Notes: a model not told the origin generated them from the letters alone. A stretch of DNA of 32,000 nucleotides from Mycolicibacterium smegmatis (GCF_001457595.1 NZ_LN831039.1:6930001-6962000); one strand, 5' to 3'; shown: positions 15,871 to 25,060, counted from the first letter of the stretch. Numbers and translations are program-made.

Positions 15871-15876
15871 TAGGGT
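15871..15876 (+). promoter_or_regulatory. Putative -10 hexamer (TAGGGT) for the leaderless hydrolase transcript
   Basis: It fits TANNNT and lies exactly 7 nt upstream of GTG 15884. Confidence 0.4.
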
Positions 15877-15883
15877 CGGGGAC

Positions 15884-16789
15884 GTGTCGACCACACACGA
15901 GATCTCCGACGACGAACTGCCCACGCTCGACGAGTTCGCGCTGCTGCACGAGAACGCCACGCAGATCGGGCGTACCGAACCGCTGCCGCCCGTCGAACGC
16001 ATCACGCACGGCCCGGTCAGCGCGCTGAAGTTCGGCACCGAGGCGCCGCGCGTGGTGTTCCTGCACGGCGGCGGGCAGAACGCGCACACGTGGGACACCG
16101 TGATCCTGGGTCTCGGTGAACCCGCGCTGGCCGTCGACCTGCCCGGTCACGGCCGCTCGCAGTGGCGCGAGGACGGTGACTACGGCCCGAAACTCAACGC
16201 CGAGACCGTCAAACCCGTGCTGCGCGACCTCGCCCCCGAACCGCGCCTTGTGGTCGGCATGTCCCTCGGCGGGCTCACCGCACTGCGCATCGCGGCCACC
16301 GAACCCGCTCTGGTGCCCGAACTCGTGCTGATCGACGTCACTCCGTCTGCGCCCGAGCGGCACACCGAGATGACCAAGACCCAGATGGGCACCGTCGCCC
16401 TGGTTCGCGAGAACCGGACCTTCCCGAGTTTTGCGGCGATGCTGGACGTCAGCGTCCGGGCAGCTCCGCACCGAGACCGGAACTCGTTGCGCCGCGGCGT
16501 CTTCCACAACTCGAAGCGCCTCGACGACGGCACCTGGACGTGGCGGTACGACTCATTCCGCAAAGGCGACGGGTTCGAGGGCCTGTGGGACGACGTCGAG
16601 GCCATCACGATGCCGACCACCCTGGTGCGCGGAGCCAACTCGTTCTTCGTCAACGACGAGGACGCGAAACAGTTCGCCGACCGCGCACCGGGATTCAAGC
16701 GCACGCACATCGTCGCCGACGCGGGCCACTCGGTGCAGGGCGATCAACCGGCGAAGCTCGTGGAGATCCTGCGGGGAATCCTCGGGTAG
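15884..16789 (+). CDS. Alpha/beta-fold hydrolase / esterase (Rv0045c-like)
   Basis: It has an oxyanion region HGGGQNAHTWD, the nucleophile elbow GMSLGG, and a C-terminal DAGHSVQGDQP containing the catalytic His. The start is moved from 15827 to GVG... GTG 15884, because the earlier codons lie inside the terminator palindrome. Confidence 0.85.
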   Translation: MSTTHEISDDELPTLDEFALLHENATQIGRTEPLPPVERITHGPVSALKFGTEAPRVVFLHGGGQNAHTWDTVILGLGEPALAVDLPGHGRSQWREDGDYGPKLNAETVKPVLRDLAPEPRLVVGMSLGGLTALRIAATEPALVPELVLIDVTPSAPERHTEMTKTQMGTVALVRENRTFPSFAAMLDVSVRAAPHRDRNSLRRGVFHNSKRLDDGTWTWRYDSFRKGDGFEGLWDDVEAITMPTTLVRGANSFFVNDEDAKQFADRAPGFKRTHIVADAGHSVQGDQPAKLVEILRGILG

Positions 16790-16873
16790 CCGATCGTCGG
16801 TGTGGCCCGAATACACCGATCGTTCACCTTCTCCTTGCCGAGTGATTGCCGTGCTGCCGTAACTTCCGCCGTG

Positions 16874-16898
16874 ACCGGCCGATCAGCCCTCGGCCGGT
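16874..16898 (+). terminator. Short GC hairpin downstream of the hydrolase gene
   Basis: The arms accggccga / tcggccggt form a 9-bp stem with a 7-nt loop. There is no U-tract. Confidence 0.3.
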
Positions 16899-16922
16899 GT
16901 CGAGCGAAAGGACGTACCGGCC

Positions 16923-19001
16923 GTGGCGCTTGTGCCGTTGAATCTCTTTGTCACCCACCGCGGCAGGTCATCCCGCCAGCACATCACGTGCCGCTACCGC
17001 TGCGGCGACGCATGCTCGAAGCCCGCACCCAACACCAGCGACAACGAGTACTTCGGCGACATCGTCGCGCAGATGTCGCGCCGGTCGATGCTGCGTGCCG
17101 CGGGCGTCACGGTGCTGGCCGTCGGGGCGGGGTCCGCACTCGCGGCCTGCGGCGCCGACGAGCAACCCGGCGCCACACCCACCTCGTCGCCGGAGCCCGC
17201 GGCCACGCCACCCGGGTTGAGGTTCGACGCCGTCGCGCCCAATTCCGAAGACGCCGTGATCATTCCGCAGGGGTACCGCCAACAGGTCGTGATCGCCTGG
17301 GGTGACCCCGTCCTGCCGGACGCCCCGCCGTTCGACATCGCCGCACAGACCGCCGACGCGCAACGCAAGCAGTTCGGGTTCAACAACGACTTCGCAGCCC
17401 TCATGCCGATCCCTGGGCAGCGCAACCGGTTTCTGCTCGTGACCAACTTCGAGTACGTCACGCCGCAGTTCATGTTCTCCGGCTACGACCCCGAGGCGCC
17501 CACGCGGGACCAGTTCGACATCGAGATCGCTGCGATGGGCATGGGTGTGGTCGAGGTCGAACGCGCAGGCGATGGCGCACTGCGGCCGGTGATGGGACGC
17601 TACAACCGTCGCATCACCGCCGACACCCCGTTCACGCTCACCGGACCTGCCGCCGGCACCGACTTCGTCAAGACCGCCGCCGATCCCACCGGCCGGACGG
17701 TCGCAGGCACCTTCGCCAACTGTGCCGGCGGCGTGACGCCTTGGGGCACAGTTCTTTCCGGTGAGGAGAACTTCCACGGTTACTTCGGCGCGCCTGCGGA
17801 CGCCCCGGCCCCGAAGCCCGTCGAGGGCGACCGCTTCGACCGCTACGGCATCGAGCTGCAGCCGTCCGAGCTGAGATGGGAGTCGTTCGATCCGCGCTTC
17901 GATCTGACGGTGACGCCGAACGAGGTCAACCGGTTCGGCTATGTCGTCGAGGTCAACCCGTGGGATCCCGGCTCGACCCCGGTCAAACACTCGGCACTGG
18001 GCCGTTTCAAGCACGAGGGTGCCACGATCCACGTCACCGCCGACGGCCGCGTCGTCGCCTACACCGGCGACGACGAACGCTTCGACTACATGTACAAGTT
18101 CGTCGCGGACAAGTCGGTGGCCCCTGGCTGGGAGAACGATCCCGCCGCGATGGCGCACAACATGTCGATTCTCGACGAGGGAACACTCTACGTCGCGAAA
18201 CTGGCCAGCGACATCCCGGCGGAGGAGATCGATGGAAGGGGCAAGCTGCCGTCGTCGGGATCGTTCCGCGGGACGGGCACCTGGATCCCGTTGCTGAGGT
18301 CGGGCCCGGATGGCACCGGTGAATCCCTGGTCGAGGGCATGACCGCCGCCGAGGTGGCGGTGTTCACCCGCTTCGCGGCCGACAAGGCCGGAGCCACGAA
18401 GATGGATCGACCCGAGGACTTCGAGGCCAATCCGCTGACCGGCAAGGTGTACGTCGCGCTGACCAACAACGACAAGCGCGGCACCGACGGCGAACCGGCG
18501 GCCGACGCCGCCAATCCGCGCTCGGAGAACAAGAACGGTCAGATCCTCGAGATCACCGACAACCACACCGGCACCGATTTCACGTGGGACCTGCTGCTGG
18601 TGTGCGGGGACCCCGACGCCGCCGACACGTACTACGCCGGCTTCGACAAGTCGGCGGTGAGCCCCATCTCGTGCCCCGACAACCTGGCCTTCGACCGTCA
18701 CGGGAACCTGTGGATCTCGACCGACGGCAACGCCCTCGGTGCCAACGACGGCCTGTTCGCGGTGGCGCTCGACGGCCCGAATCGCGGTGAGACCAAACAG
18801 TTCCTGTCGGTTCCGCTCGGCGCGGAGACCTGCGGTCCGGTGGTCACCGACGACGTGGTGACGGTCTGCGTGCAACACCCAGGGGAGAGCGACGACCACA
18901 GTCTCGACAACCCGCTGTCGCACTGGCCCGGTGGCGGCACCACCCCGGCGCGGCCCGCGGTGGTCTCGGTGTGGAGACCACAAGGCCAGATCGGCGTATA
19001 G
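16923..19001 (+). CDS. phoX: PhoX-family (DUF839) phosphatase with a Tat signal and lipobox-like cleavage site
   Basis: The twin-arginine motif is SRRSMLRAAG, followed by LAVGAGSALAAC. PhoX-type motifs CAGGVTPWGTVLSGEENF and DRPEDFEANP are present, and the body looks beta-propeller-like. The 50 codons upstream of the RR motif keep strong third-position G/C bias, so GTG 16923 is kept as the start. ATG 17073 is an alternative. Confidence 0.85.
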   Translation: MALVPLNLFVTHRGRSSRQHITCRYRCGDACSKPAPNTSDNEYFGDIVAQMSRRSMLRAAGVTVLAVGAGSALAACGADEQPGATPTSSPEPAATPPGLRFDAVAPNSEDAVIIPQGYRQQVVIAWGDPVLPDAPPFDIAAQTADAQRKQFGFNNDFAALMPIPGQRNRFLLVTNFEYVTPQFMFSGYDPEAPTRDQFDIEIAAMGMGVVEVERAGDGALRPVMGRYNRRITADTPFTLTGPAAGTDFVKTAADPTGRTVAGTFANCAGGVTPWGTVLSGEENFHGYFGAPADAPAPKPVEGDRFDRYGIELQPSELRWESFDPRFDLTVTPNEVNRFGYVVEVNPWDPGSTPVKHSALGRFKHEGATIHVTADGRVVAYTGDDERFDYMYKFVADKSVAPGWENDPAAMAHNMSILDEGTLYVAKLASDIPAEEIDGRGKLPSSGSFRGTGTWIPLLRSGPDGTGESLVEGMTAAEVAVFTRFAADKAGATKMDRPEDFEANPLTGKVYVALTNNDKRGTDGEPAADAANPRSENKNGQILEITDNHTGTDFTWDLLLVCGDPDAADTYYAGFDKSAVSPISCPDNLAFDRHGNLWISTDGNALGANDGLFAVALDGPNRGETKQFLSVPLGAETCGPVVTDDVVTVCVQHPGESDDHSLDNPLSHWPGGGTTPARPAVVSVWRPQGQIGV

Positions 19002-19025
19002 CCGATGACGTCGCGGTGACGCGGC

Positions 19026-19031
19026 TACGCT
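19026..19031 (+). promoter_or_regulatory. Putative -10 hexamer (TACGCT) for the leaderless oxidoreductase transcript
   Basis: It fits TANNNT and lies exactly 7 nt upstream of ATG 19039. No SD is present. Confidence 0.4.
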
Positions 19032-19038
19032 CGCACAG

Positions 19039-19836
19039 ATGACTTCGCCTATTCGCATAGGGGTGCAACTGCAGCCCCAACACTCGCCCGAATACCGTTT
19101 CATCCGCGATGCGGTGCGCCGCTGTGAGGACATCGGCGTCGACATCGCGTTCAACTGGGACCACTTCTTCCCGCTCTACGGCGATCCCGACGGCGCGCAC
19201 TACGAGTGCTGGACCATGCTCGGGGCGTGGGCCGAGCAGACGTCACGCATCGAGATCGGCGCACTGGTCACCTGCAACTCCTACCGCAACCCGGAACTGC
19301 TCGCCGACATGGCCCGCACGGTCGACCACATCTCCGACGGCAGGCTCATCCTCGGTATCGGAAGTGGTTGGAAGCAAAAGGATTACGACGAGTACGGCTA
19401 CGAGTTCGGCACCGCAGGCAGCCGGCTGGACGACCTGGCCGCGGCGCTGCCCCGCATCCGCGCGCGGCTGGACAAGCTCAACCCGGCGCCGACACGTGAG
19501 ATCCCGATCCTGATCGGCGGGCAGGGCGAGCGCAAGACCCTTCCCCTGGTGGCCGAGCACGCCCACATCTGGCACGCGTTCGTCGACCGCAACACCTATC
19601 CGGGCAAGGCCGAGGTGCTCGACTCGCACTGCGAAAGCGTGGGCCGCGATGCCGCGTCCATCGAACGGTCGGCCGGTGTGCAGTCCGACGGCGGCATCGA
19701 GGCGATGCTGGCCGAGGCCGACGCGCTGGCCGATCTCGGCGTGACGATCCTGACCGTCGGCGCGAACGGTCCCGACTACGATCTGACGGCCGCCGAGGCA
19801 CTGTGCCGCTGGCGTGACGGACGTCACGCGAACTGA
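19039..19836 (+). CDS. LLM-class (luciferase-like) F420-dependent oxidoreductase (Rv0044c-like)
   Basis: The sequence IRIGVQLQPQH...WDHFFP...LVTCNSYRNPELLADMARTVDHISDGRLILGIGSGW... follows the TIM-barrel luciferase-like pattern. The protein is 265 aa. Confidence 0.85.
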   Translation: MTSPIRIGVQLQPQHSPEYRFIRDAVRRCEDIGVDIAFNWDHFFPLYGDPDGAHYECWTMLGAWAEQTSRIEIGALVTCNSYRNPELLADMARTVDHISDGRLILGIGSGWKQKDYDEYGYEFGTAGSRLDDLAAALPRIRARLDKLNPAPTREIPILIGGQGERKTLPLVAEHAHIWHAFVDRNTYPGKAEVLDSHCESVGRDAASIERSAGVQSDGGIEAMLAEADALADLGVTILTVGANGPDYDLTAAEALCRWRDGRHAN

Positions 19837-19924
19837 TTAACGGCGTTAACGACTTGCCCCTCCCCGCAGGTCCACGCATGCGAAAATCAGCGAATCGATT
19901 TTTTCGCAGGGGGGCCAGCGCGAG

Positions 19925-20590
19925 GTGCCGAAGAAGTATGGGGTCAAAGAGAAAGACCAGGTGGTCAGCCACATCATCAACCTGATGATGACGGGCAAAC
20001 TCCGGACGGGGGACCGGATCGACCGCAACGAGATCGTCCGCGATCTCGGGCTCAGCCGCGTGCCCATCCAGGAGGCCGTCGTGCAACTCGAACACGACGG
20101 CATCCTGTCCACGCGATATCACCGCGGCGCCTTCGTCGCCCGCTTCGACGAGGCCACGGTCGCCGAACACCATGAGCTGTACGGGATTCTCAACGGCATC
20201 TCCTCGGCGCGCTGCGCGGCCAACCCGACGCCGCGGATCCTCGCGCAACTCGAGGAGTCGTTGCGGATCATGCACGCCGCCAAGGACGTCAAGACGTTCC
20301 AGGACAACTGCTGGGTGTTCCGCAACACGATCAACGACGAGTACGCGGGCCCGCGCCTGCAGGCCACGATCCGCGCCGGCGAGAGCTTCGCACCGTCGGA
20401 CTTCTGGACGGGCTACACACCGTCCAAGACCGAGTTCCTGCCCACCTACGACGACGAGTTCGCGGCCATCCGCGACCGCGACCCCGAGAACGCCCGCAAG
20501 GCGTGCATGCACCGGTCCGAGATCATGTCGAGGATCATGATCGCCGAGCTCACCCGCCGAGGTGTGTTCGGTGAACTGCGCTCTCCATAG
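19925..20590 (+). CDS. GntR-family (FadR/FCD-type) transcriptional regulator (Rv0043c-like)
   Basis: The N-terminal winged helix-turn-helix is [33 protein letters not shown]. The C-terminal part is an all-helical domain. Confidence 0.9.
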   Translation: MPKKYGVKEKDQVVSHIINLMMTGKLRTGDRIDRNEIVRDLGLSRVPIQEAVVQLEHDGILSTRYHRGAFVARFDEATVAEHHELYGILNGISSARCAANPTPRILAQLEESLRIMHAAKDVKTFQDNCWVFRNTINDEYAGPRLQATIRAGESFAPSDFWTGYTPSKTEFLPTYDDEFAAIRDRDPENARKACMHRSEIMSRIMIAELTRRGVFGELRSP

Positions 20591-20623
20591 CCTCGAATCC
20601 CGCACCGAGGCGTCGTCTCGCAT

Positions 20624-20629
20624 TAGGTT
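20624..20629 (+). promoter_or_regulatory. Putative -10 hexamer (TAGGTT) for the leaderless ABC importer transcript
   Basis: It fits TANNNT and lies exactly 7 nt upstream of ATG 20637. Confidence 0.35.
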
Positions 20630-20636
20630 GCTTTAG

Positions 20637-22409
20637 ATGAGCGTCAGACGACTCGCGGCGCTGCTGGCATCGACCCTGATGGTGATGGGGCTGGTACTGG
20701 CGGGCCCGGCCAGCGCCGATGTCGACCAGTGCGCACCACCGGGCATCGACAGCGCCAGCGCGCTGCCCACCAACCTGGCGGCCGCGGCCGCCGGTCCCGA
20801 CGCCGACAGGTACACGACGCCGACGGTCAAACCGCTTCAGGACATCCGGGTCGACCAGCTCGGGCTGTCGACACCCGGTGTCCTGACCGTCGGCACCCTC
20901 TCCGATGCGCCGCCGAGCATCTGCATCGACTCGGCCGGGCAGTTCACCGGGTTCGACAACGAACTGCTGCGCGCCGTCGCCGACAAGCTCGGCCTGCGCG
21001 TCGACTTCGTCGGCACCGAGTTCTCGGGCCTGCTCGCGCAGACCGCGTCGCGGCGCTTCGACGTCGCGTCGTCGTCGATCACCACCACCGATGCGCGCAG
21101 GCGCACCGTGGGTTTCACCAACGGCTACGACTTCGGCTACTTCTCGCTGGTGGTGCCGACCGGTTCGCCGATCACGGGGTTCGACCAGCTCGGACCCGGG
21201 CAGCGTATCGGCGTCGTGCAGGGCACCGTGCAGGAGTCCTACGTGATCGACACCCTGCACCTCGAACCCGTGAAGTACCCCGACTACAACACCGTCTACG
21301 CGAGCCTCAAGACACGCCAGATCGATGCGTGGGTCGCGCCGTCGCAGCAGGCGTCGGGCACCGTGCAGCCGGGCGATCCGGCGCAGATCATCGAAAACAC
21401 CTTCAGTCTGGACAATTTCGTGGCCTGGGCGGTCGCGAGGGAGAACCAGCCGCTCATCGACGCGCTGAACTCTGGTCTCGACGCGATCATCGCCGACGGG
21501 ACGTGGGCCCGGCTCTACACCGACTGGGTACCGCGCGCCCTGCCGCCCGGCTGGAAACCCGGCTCCAAGGCCGCGCCGGAACCCCAGCTGCCCGATTTCA
21601 ACGCGATCGCCGCGGCCCGCGAGGAACCCGAGGACACCGGGCCGGTCGGACCGAAATCCGTGCTGTCGCAACTCGCGGACTCGTTCCTCGACTGGGACCT
21701 GTACAAGCAGGCCGTCCCCGACCTGCTCAAGACCGGCCTGCCCAACACCCTGATCCTGACCGTCAGCGCGGGCATCATCGGCCTGGTGCTCGGCATGGGC
21801 CTGGCCATGGCGGGAATCTCGCGCGCGGTGTGGCTGCGATGGCCCGCCCGCATCTACACCGACATCTTCCGCGGCCTGCCCGAGGTGGTGATCATCCTGC
21901 TGATCGGGCTCGGTGTCGGGCCGATCGTCGGCCACCTGACCGGCAACAACCCGTACCCTCTGGGCATCGCGGCGCTCGGGTTGATGGCCGCGGCCTACAT
22001 CGGGGAGATCTTCCGCTCGGGCATCCAGAGCGTGGAGGCCGGCCAACTGGAAGCCGCACGCGCACTGGGGTTCAGCTACCGCTCGTCGATGCGCCTGGTC
22101 GTGGTGCCCCAGGGTGTCCGGCGCGTGCTGCCCGCGTTGATGAACCAGTTCATCTCGCTGCTGAAGGCGTCGTCGCTGGTGTACTTCCTCGGCCTGATCG
22201 CCAACCAGCGTGAACTGTTCCAGGTGGGCCGAGACCTCAACGCGCAGACCGGAAATCTGTCGCCGCTCGTCGCGGCAGGCCTGTTCTACCTGATGCTGAC
22301 CATCCCGCTGACACACCTGGTGAACTACATCGACAACCGGCTGCGGCGGGGCCGGCCCGCGACCGAGGAAGATCCGGTACCGCCGGCCGCCACCCAGGAG
22401 ATGATCTGA
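20637..22409 (+). CDS. Polar amino-acid ABC transporter: substrate-binding domain fused to the permease
   Basis: A signal peptide (..LAGPASA|DV) is followed by a type-2 periplasmic binding domain (GFDNELLRAVADKLG..., DVASSSITTTDARR). After a linker comes a His/Glu/Gln/Arg-type permease with the EAA loop (EAARALGFSYRSSMRLVVVPQGVRRVLPAL). Confidence 0.9.
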   Translation: MSVRRLAALLASTLMVMGLVLAGPASADVDQCAPPGIDSASALPTNLAAAAAGPDADRYTTPTVKPLQDIRVDQLGLSTPGVLTVGTLSDAPPSICIDSAGQFTGFDNELLRAVADKLGLRVDFVGTEFSGLLAQTASRRFDVASSSITTTDARRRTVGFTNGYDFGYFSLVVPTGSPITGFDQLGPGQRIGVVQGTVQESYVIDTLHLEPVKYPDYNTVYASLKTRQIDAWVAPSQQASGTVQPGDPAQIIENTFSLDNFVAWAVARENQPLIDALNSGLDAIIADGTWARLYTDWVPRALPPGWKPGSKAAPEPQLPDFNAIAAAREEPEDTGPVGPKSVLSQLADSFLDWDLYKQAVPDLLKTGLPNTLILTVSAGIIGLVLGMGLAMAGISRAVWLRWPARIYTDIFRGLPEVVIILLIGLGVGPIVGHLTGNNPYPLGIAALGLMAAAYIGEIFRSGIQSVEAGQLEAARALGFSYRSSMRLVVVPQGVRRVLPALMNQFISLLKASSLVYFLGLIANQRELFQVGRDLNAQTGNLSPLVAAGLFYLMLTIPLTHLVNYIDNRLRRGRPATEEDPVPPAATQEMI

Positions 22410-23146
22410 TGCCGGCTCCCGACGCGGTCTCCTTGACCGCCACGAACATTCACCTGGCATTCGGCCCCAACAAGGTGCTGCGCGGTGTCGACCTCGACGT
22501 GCCCGCCGGGACCACCACGGCGGTCATCGGCCCCTCCGGATCGGGCAAGTCCACGCTGCTGCGCACGCTGAACCGCCTGTACGAACCCGACGAGGGTGAT
22601 GTCCTGCTGGACGGACGATCGGTGTTGCGCGACAACCCGGATCAACTGCGTCAGCGCATCGGCATGGTGTTCCAGCAGTTCAACCTCTTCCCCCACCGCA
22701 GCGTTCTCGACAACGTCACGCTGGGCCCGCGCAGGCTCAAAGGGCTGGGCGCCGACGACGCGCGCGAACTGGGTCTGGCGCAACTCGACCGGGTTGGGTT
22801 GCGGCACAAGGCCGATGTGCGGCCTGGCACGTTGTCTGGCGGTCAACAGCAGCGCGTCGCGATCGCCCGCGCGCTCGCGATGGCACCACAGGTGATGTTC
22901 TTCGACGAGGCCACCTCGGCGCTCGACCCGGAACTGGTCAAGGGCATCCTGAGCCTGATGGCCGATCTCGCCGCGGACGGCATGACCATCGTCGCTGTCA
23001 CACACGAGATGGGGTTCGCGCGGTCGACGGCAAATACTGTCGTGTTCATGGACCAGGGCCGCGTTGTCGAGTCCGGCGAGCCCGATCAACTCTTCGAAGC
23101 AGCGGAAACAGATCGCCTGCGCCGCTTCTTGTCCCAGGTTCTGTGA
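22409..23146 (+). CDS. Amino-acid ABC transporter ATP-binding protein (GlnQ-like)
   Basis: The ATG overlaps the upstream TGA by 1 nt (TGATG). Walker A is GPSGSGKST, the signature is LSGGQQQRVAIARAL, Walker B is MFFDEATSALD, and the H-loop is VTHEM. Confidence 0.95.
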   Translation: MPAPDAVSLTATNIHLAFGPNKVLRGVDLDVPAGTTTAVIGPSGSGKSTLLRTLNRLYEPDEGDVLLDGRSVLRDNPDQLRQRIGMVFQQFNLFPHRSVLDNVTLGPRRLKGLGADDARELGLAQLDRVGLRHKADVRPGTLSGGQQQRVAIARALAMAPQVMFFDEATSALDPELVKGILSLMADLAADGMTIVAVTHEMGFARSTANTVVFMDQGRVVESGEPDQLFEAAETDRLRRFLSQVL

Positions 23147-23196
23147 ATCAATCGGGCAAACCTGGCAAGCAGCTCACCCTACCGGCGCAGACAGGT

Positions 23197-23202
23197 TAGA
23201 CT
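23197..23202 (+). promoter_or_regulatory. Putative -10 hexamer (TAGACT) for a leaderless or near-leaderless MarR transcript
   Basis: It fits TANNNT and lies 8 nt upstream of ATG 23211. No SD is present. Confidence 0.35.
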
Positions 23203-23210
23203 GGCGAACT

Positions 23211-23711
23211 ATGGCAGAGACCGAACCGCAGGTCACCGAGCTGGCTGGAGAGCTGCAACGCGTTCTCTCCAAAGTCTTCTCGGTGCTGCGCCGCGGCGAC
23301 ACACATCGCGGCACCGCCGGCGACCTGACGTTGGCCCAGCTGTCGATCCTGTTGACCCTCCTGGAGGGCGGGCCGATCCGCATGACCGAGCTCGCGGCCC
23401 GCGAGCGCGTCCGTACGCCCACCACCACCGTCGCGATCCGCCGCCTGGAGAAACTCGGTCTGGTCAAGCGTTCGCGCGACCCCTCTGACCTGCGCGCCGT
23501 GCTGGTCGACGTCACGCCGCAGGGCCTGGTGCAGCACCGCGAGTCACTGGCCGCCCGACGCGCCGACCTCGCCGAACGACTCAGCAAGCTCAGCGACGAG
23601 GATCTCGCGACCCTCGCCAGGGCCCTCGGGCCGCTGGAACGCCTCGCCGGGCAGGACGAGGACAAGAAGAACGAACGCGAGACGCCCAAACCCGCCGAAC
23701 AGACCAGCTAG
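23211..23711 (+). CDS. MarR-family transcriptional regulator (Rv0042c-like)
   Basis: The winged helix is LTLAQLSILLTLLEGGPIRMTELAARERVRTPTTTVAIRRLEKLGLVKRSRDPSDLRAV. The start is moved to ATG 23211, because the earlier part of the ORF overlaps the ABC ATPase gene. Confidence 0.85.
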   Translation: MAETEPQVTELAGELQRVLSKVFSVLRRGDTHRGTAGDLTLAQLSILLTLLEGGPIRMTELAARERVRTPTTTVAIRRLEKLGLVKRSRDPSDLRAVLVDVTPQGLVQHRESLAARRADLAERLSKLSDEDLATLARALGPLERLAGQDEDKKNERETPKPAEQTS

Positions 23712-23719
23712 GTGCCGGG

Positions 23720-25060
23720 CTAACCCAGCCAGTCCAGCACGGCCGCGGCGGTCCAGGACTGCTGCATGCTGCCCAGCGGTTCACCCGTGAACGGCTCGTA
23801 GTACTCGGCGAACGTGCCGTCGCTGGCCTGCCGCAGGCCCTCCTGCCGCAGCAGGCGCGCCCGCTCGGCCCAGCCACGGCGCGCGAAACACCACGAGAAC
23901 AGCCAGGTCATGACCGGCCACACCGGGCCGCGCCAGTACTCGCGCGGACGGAAATCGCGCGACACGGGTGACGTCGACGGGATGACGCTGTACCGCAGAT
24001 CCGGGTGGCCGCAGAACCGCGGGCCCTCCAGGCGCTTGATCAGCGTCCGCTCCTTGTCGTGCGGCAACCCGCCGCACAACAGCGGCGCGAACTGCGCCAC
24101 GGTCTCGGTGGCCACCCATCTGCCCGCGCGCACGTCGAAATCCCTTGCCGCGCCGGTGCGGTCGTCGGTCGAATCGATCACGCCGGCCCGGAACCGGTCG
24201 GCCCACGCGTACAGATCCCGCACATCGGCGTGCGGGCGTTTGTGGTCCTCACCGATCTCGGCCAGCACCTGGCAGGCCACCGAGAAGATGGCCGAGACGA
24301 ACACGTCCTCGACCGCGAAGCTCATCACCTTCGGCAGCAGATCGTCGTCGTAGCGAACCGATTTCATCTCCTCGAGCAGCCACAGGTACCGGTCGTACTC
24401 GAGGTCGCTGGGCCGCTGCGTCGCGTCGGTGACGATGGTGTTGTCCTCGCGCTGGTACTCGGGCACGTTGCCGGGAACCACGTTGGCGTAGGCGCTGTCC
24501 CAGCGCGGTGAGTTGTCCATGCCGGACTCCCAGCCGTGGTACAGCGTGATCCGTCCGTGGCCGTCCGGATCGCGCTTCTCGGCCAGCCACCGGTGCCAGC
24601 GCACCAGATCGCTCCAGCGCCGGTCCAGGAAGGCCGCGGCCACCGCGCGAGTCGAGCGGCCCCGGTTGCGCGCCTGGTCGAGGATGCGTTGCACCGCGAT
24701 GGCGTGCACGGGCGGTTGCGTGATGCCCGAGGTGTGCCGGATGCGCGGCGCGTTCGCCGCGAGCGCCTGTGTCGCCCAGCGGGCCGGGCCGGGGAAGTAC
24801 CCGTCGACGCCGTTGGCGAACACGATGTGCGGGATCATCCCGTTGCGCCACTGCGCCGACAACAGGGTGTCGAGTTCGACGACGGCGCGCTCGACGCTCA
24901 GCGGCGCAAGGCCGATCGCGACGAACGCCGCGTCCCAACTCCACATGTGCGGGTACAGCAGGGGCGCGGCCGTGGTCATGGTGCCCAGGTCGTTACCGCG
25001 CAGCAGATACGCGGCGCGGGCAGCAAGTTGTGTCGGCGCGAAGCTCGGATCGGGTGGCAT
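23720..25060 (-). CDS. GH63-like (alpha/alpha)6 glycoside hydrolase, glucosylglycerate/mannosylglycerate-hydrolase type
   Basis: The 446-aa product starts MPPDPSFAPTQLAARAAYLLRGNDLGTMTTAAPLLYPHMWSWDAAF. It also contains ...YHGWESGMDNSPRWD... and ...YWRGPVWPVMTWLF...EYYEPFTGEPLG. From memory, this closely resembles the glucosylglycerate hydrolase characterised in Mycolicibacterium hassiacum. In-frame ATGs at 25069 and 25072 are alternative starts. Confidence 0.75.
   Translation of the reverse strand: MPPDPSFAPTQLAARAAYLLRGNDLGTMTTAAPLLYPHMWSWDAAFVAIGLAPLSVERAVVELDTLLSAQWRNGMIPHIVFANGVDGYFPGPARWATQALAANAPRIRHTSGITQPPVHAIAVQRILDQARNRGRSTRAVAAAFLDRRWSDLVRWHRWLAEKRDPDGHGRITLYHGWESGMDNSPRWDSAYANVVPGNVPEYQREDNTIVTDATQRPSDLEYDRYLWLLEEMKSVRYDDDLLPKVMSFAVEDVFVSAIFSVACQVLAEIGEDHKRPHADVRDLYAWADRFRAGVIDSTDDRTGAARDFDVRAGRWVATETVAQFAPLLCGGLPHDKERTLIKRLEGPRFCGHPDLRYSVIPSTSPVSRDFRPREYWRGPVWPVMTWLFSWCFARRGWAERARLLRQEGLRQASDGTFAEYYEPFTGEPLGSMQQSWTAAAVLDWLG

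Noticed and set aside
16968-19154. 728-aa minus-strand ORF opposite phoX and the start of the LLM gene
   Set aside because: It is an antisense shadow. The plus-strand product has a Tat signal and PhoX motifs. The minus-strand translation is low-complexity and R/G/V-rich.
19837-19924. Small inverted repeats (TTAAC-N3-GTTAA; gcgaaaa-N12-ttttcgc) upstream of the GntR gene as operator candidates
   Set aside because: The arms are only 5-7 bp and do not match the GntR-type half-site pattern I know. They are too weak to call without comparative data.
20550-22460. 636-aa minus-strand ORF and 494-aa plus-strand alternative frame (20729-22213) over the ABC permease gene
   Set aside because: The frame starting at 20637 gives a coherent signal peptide, binding domain and EAA-loop permease. 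The others are Arg/Pro-rich out-of-frame artefacts.
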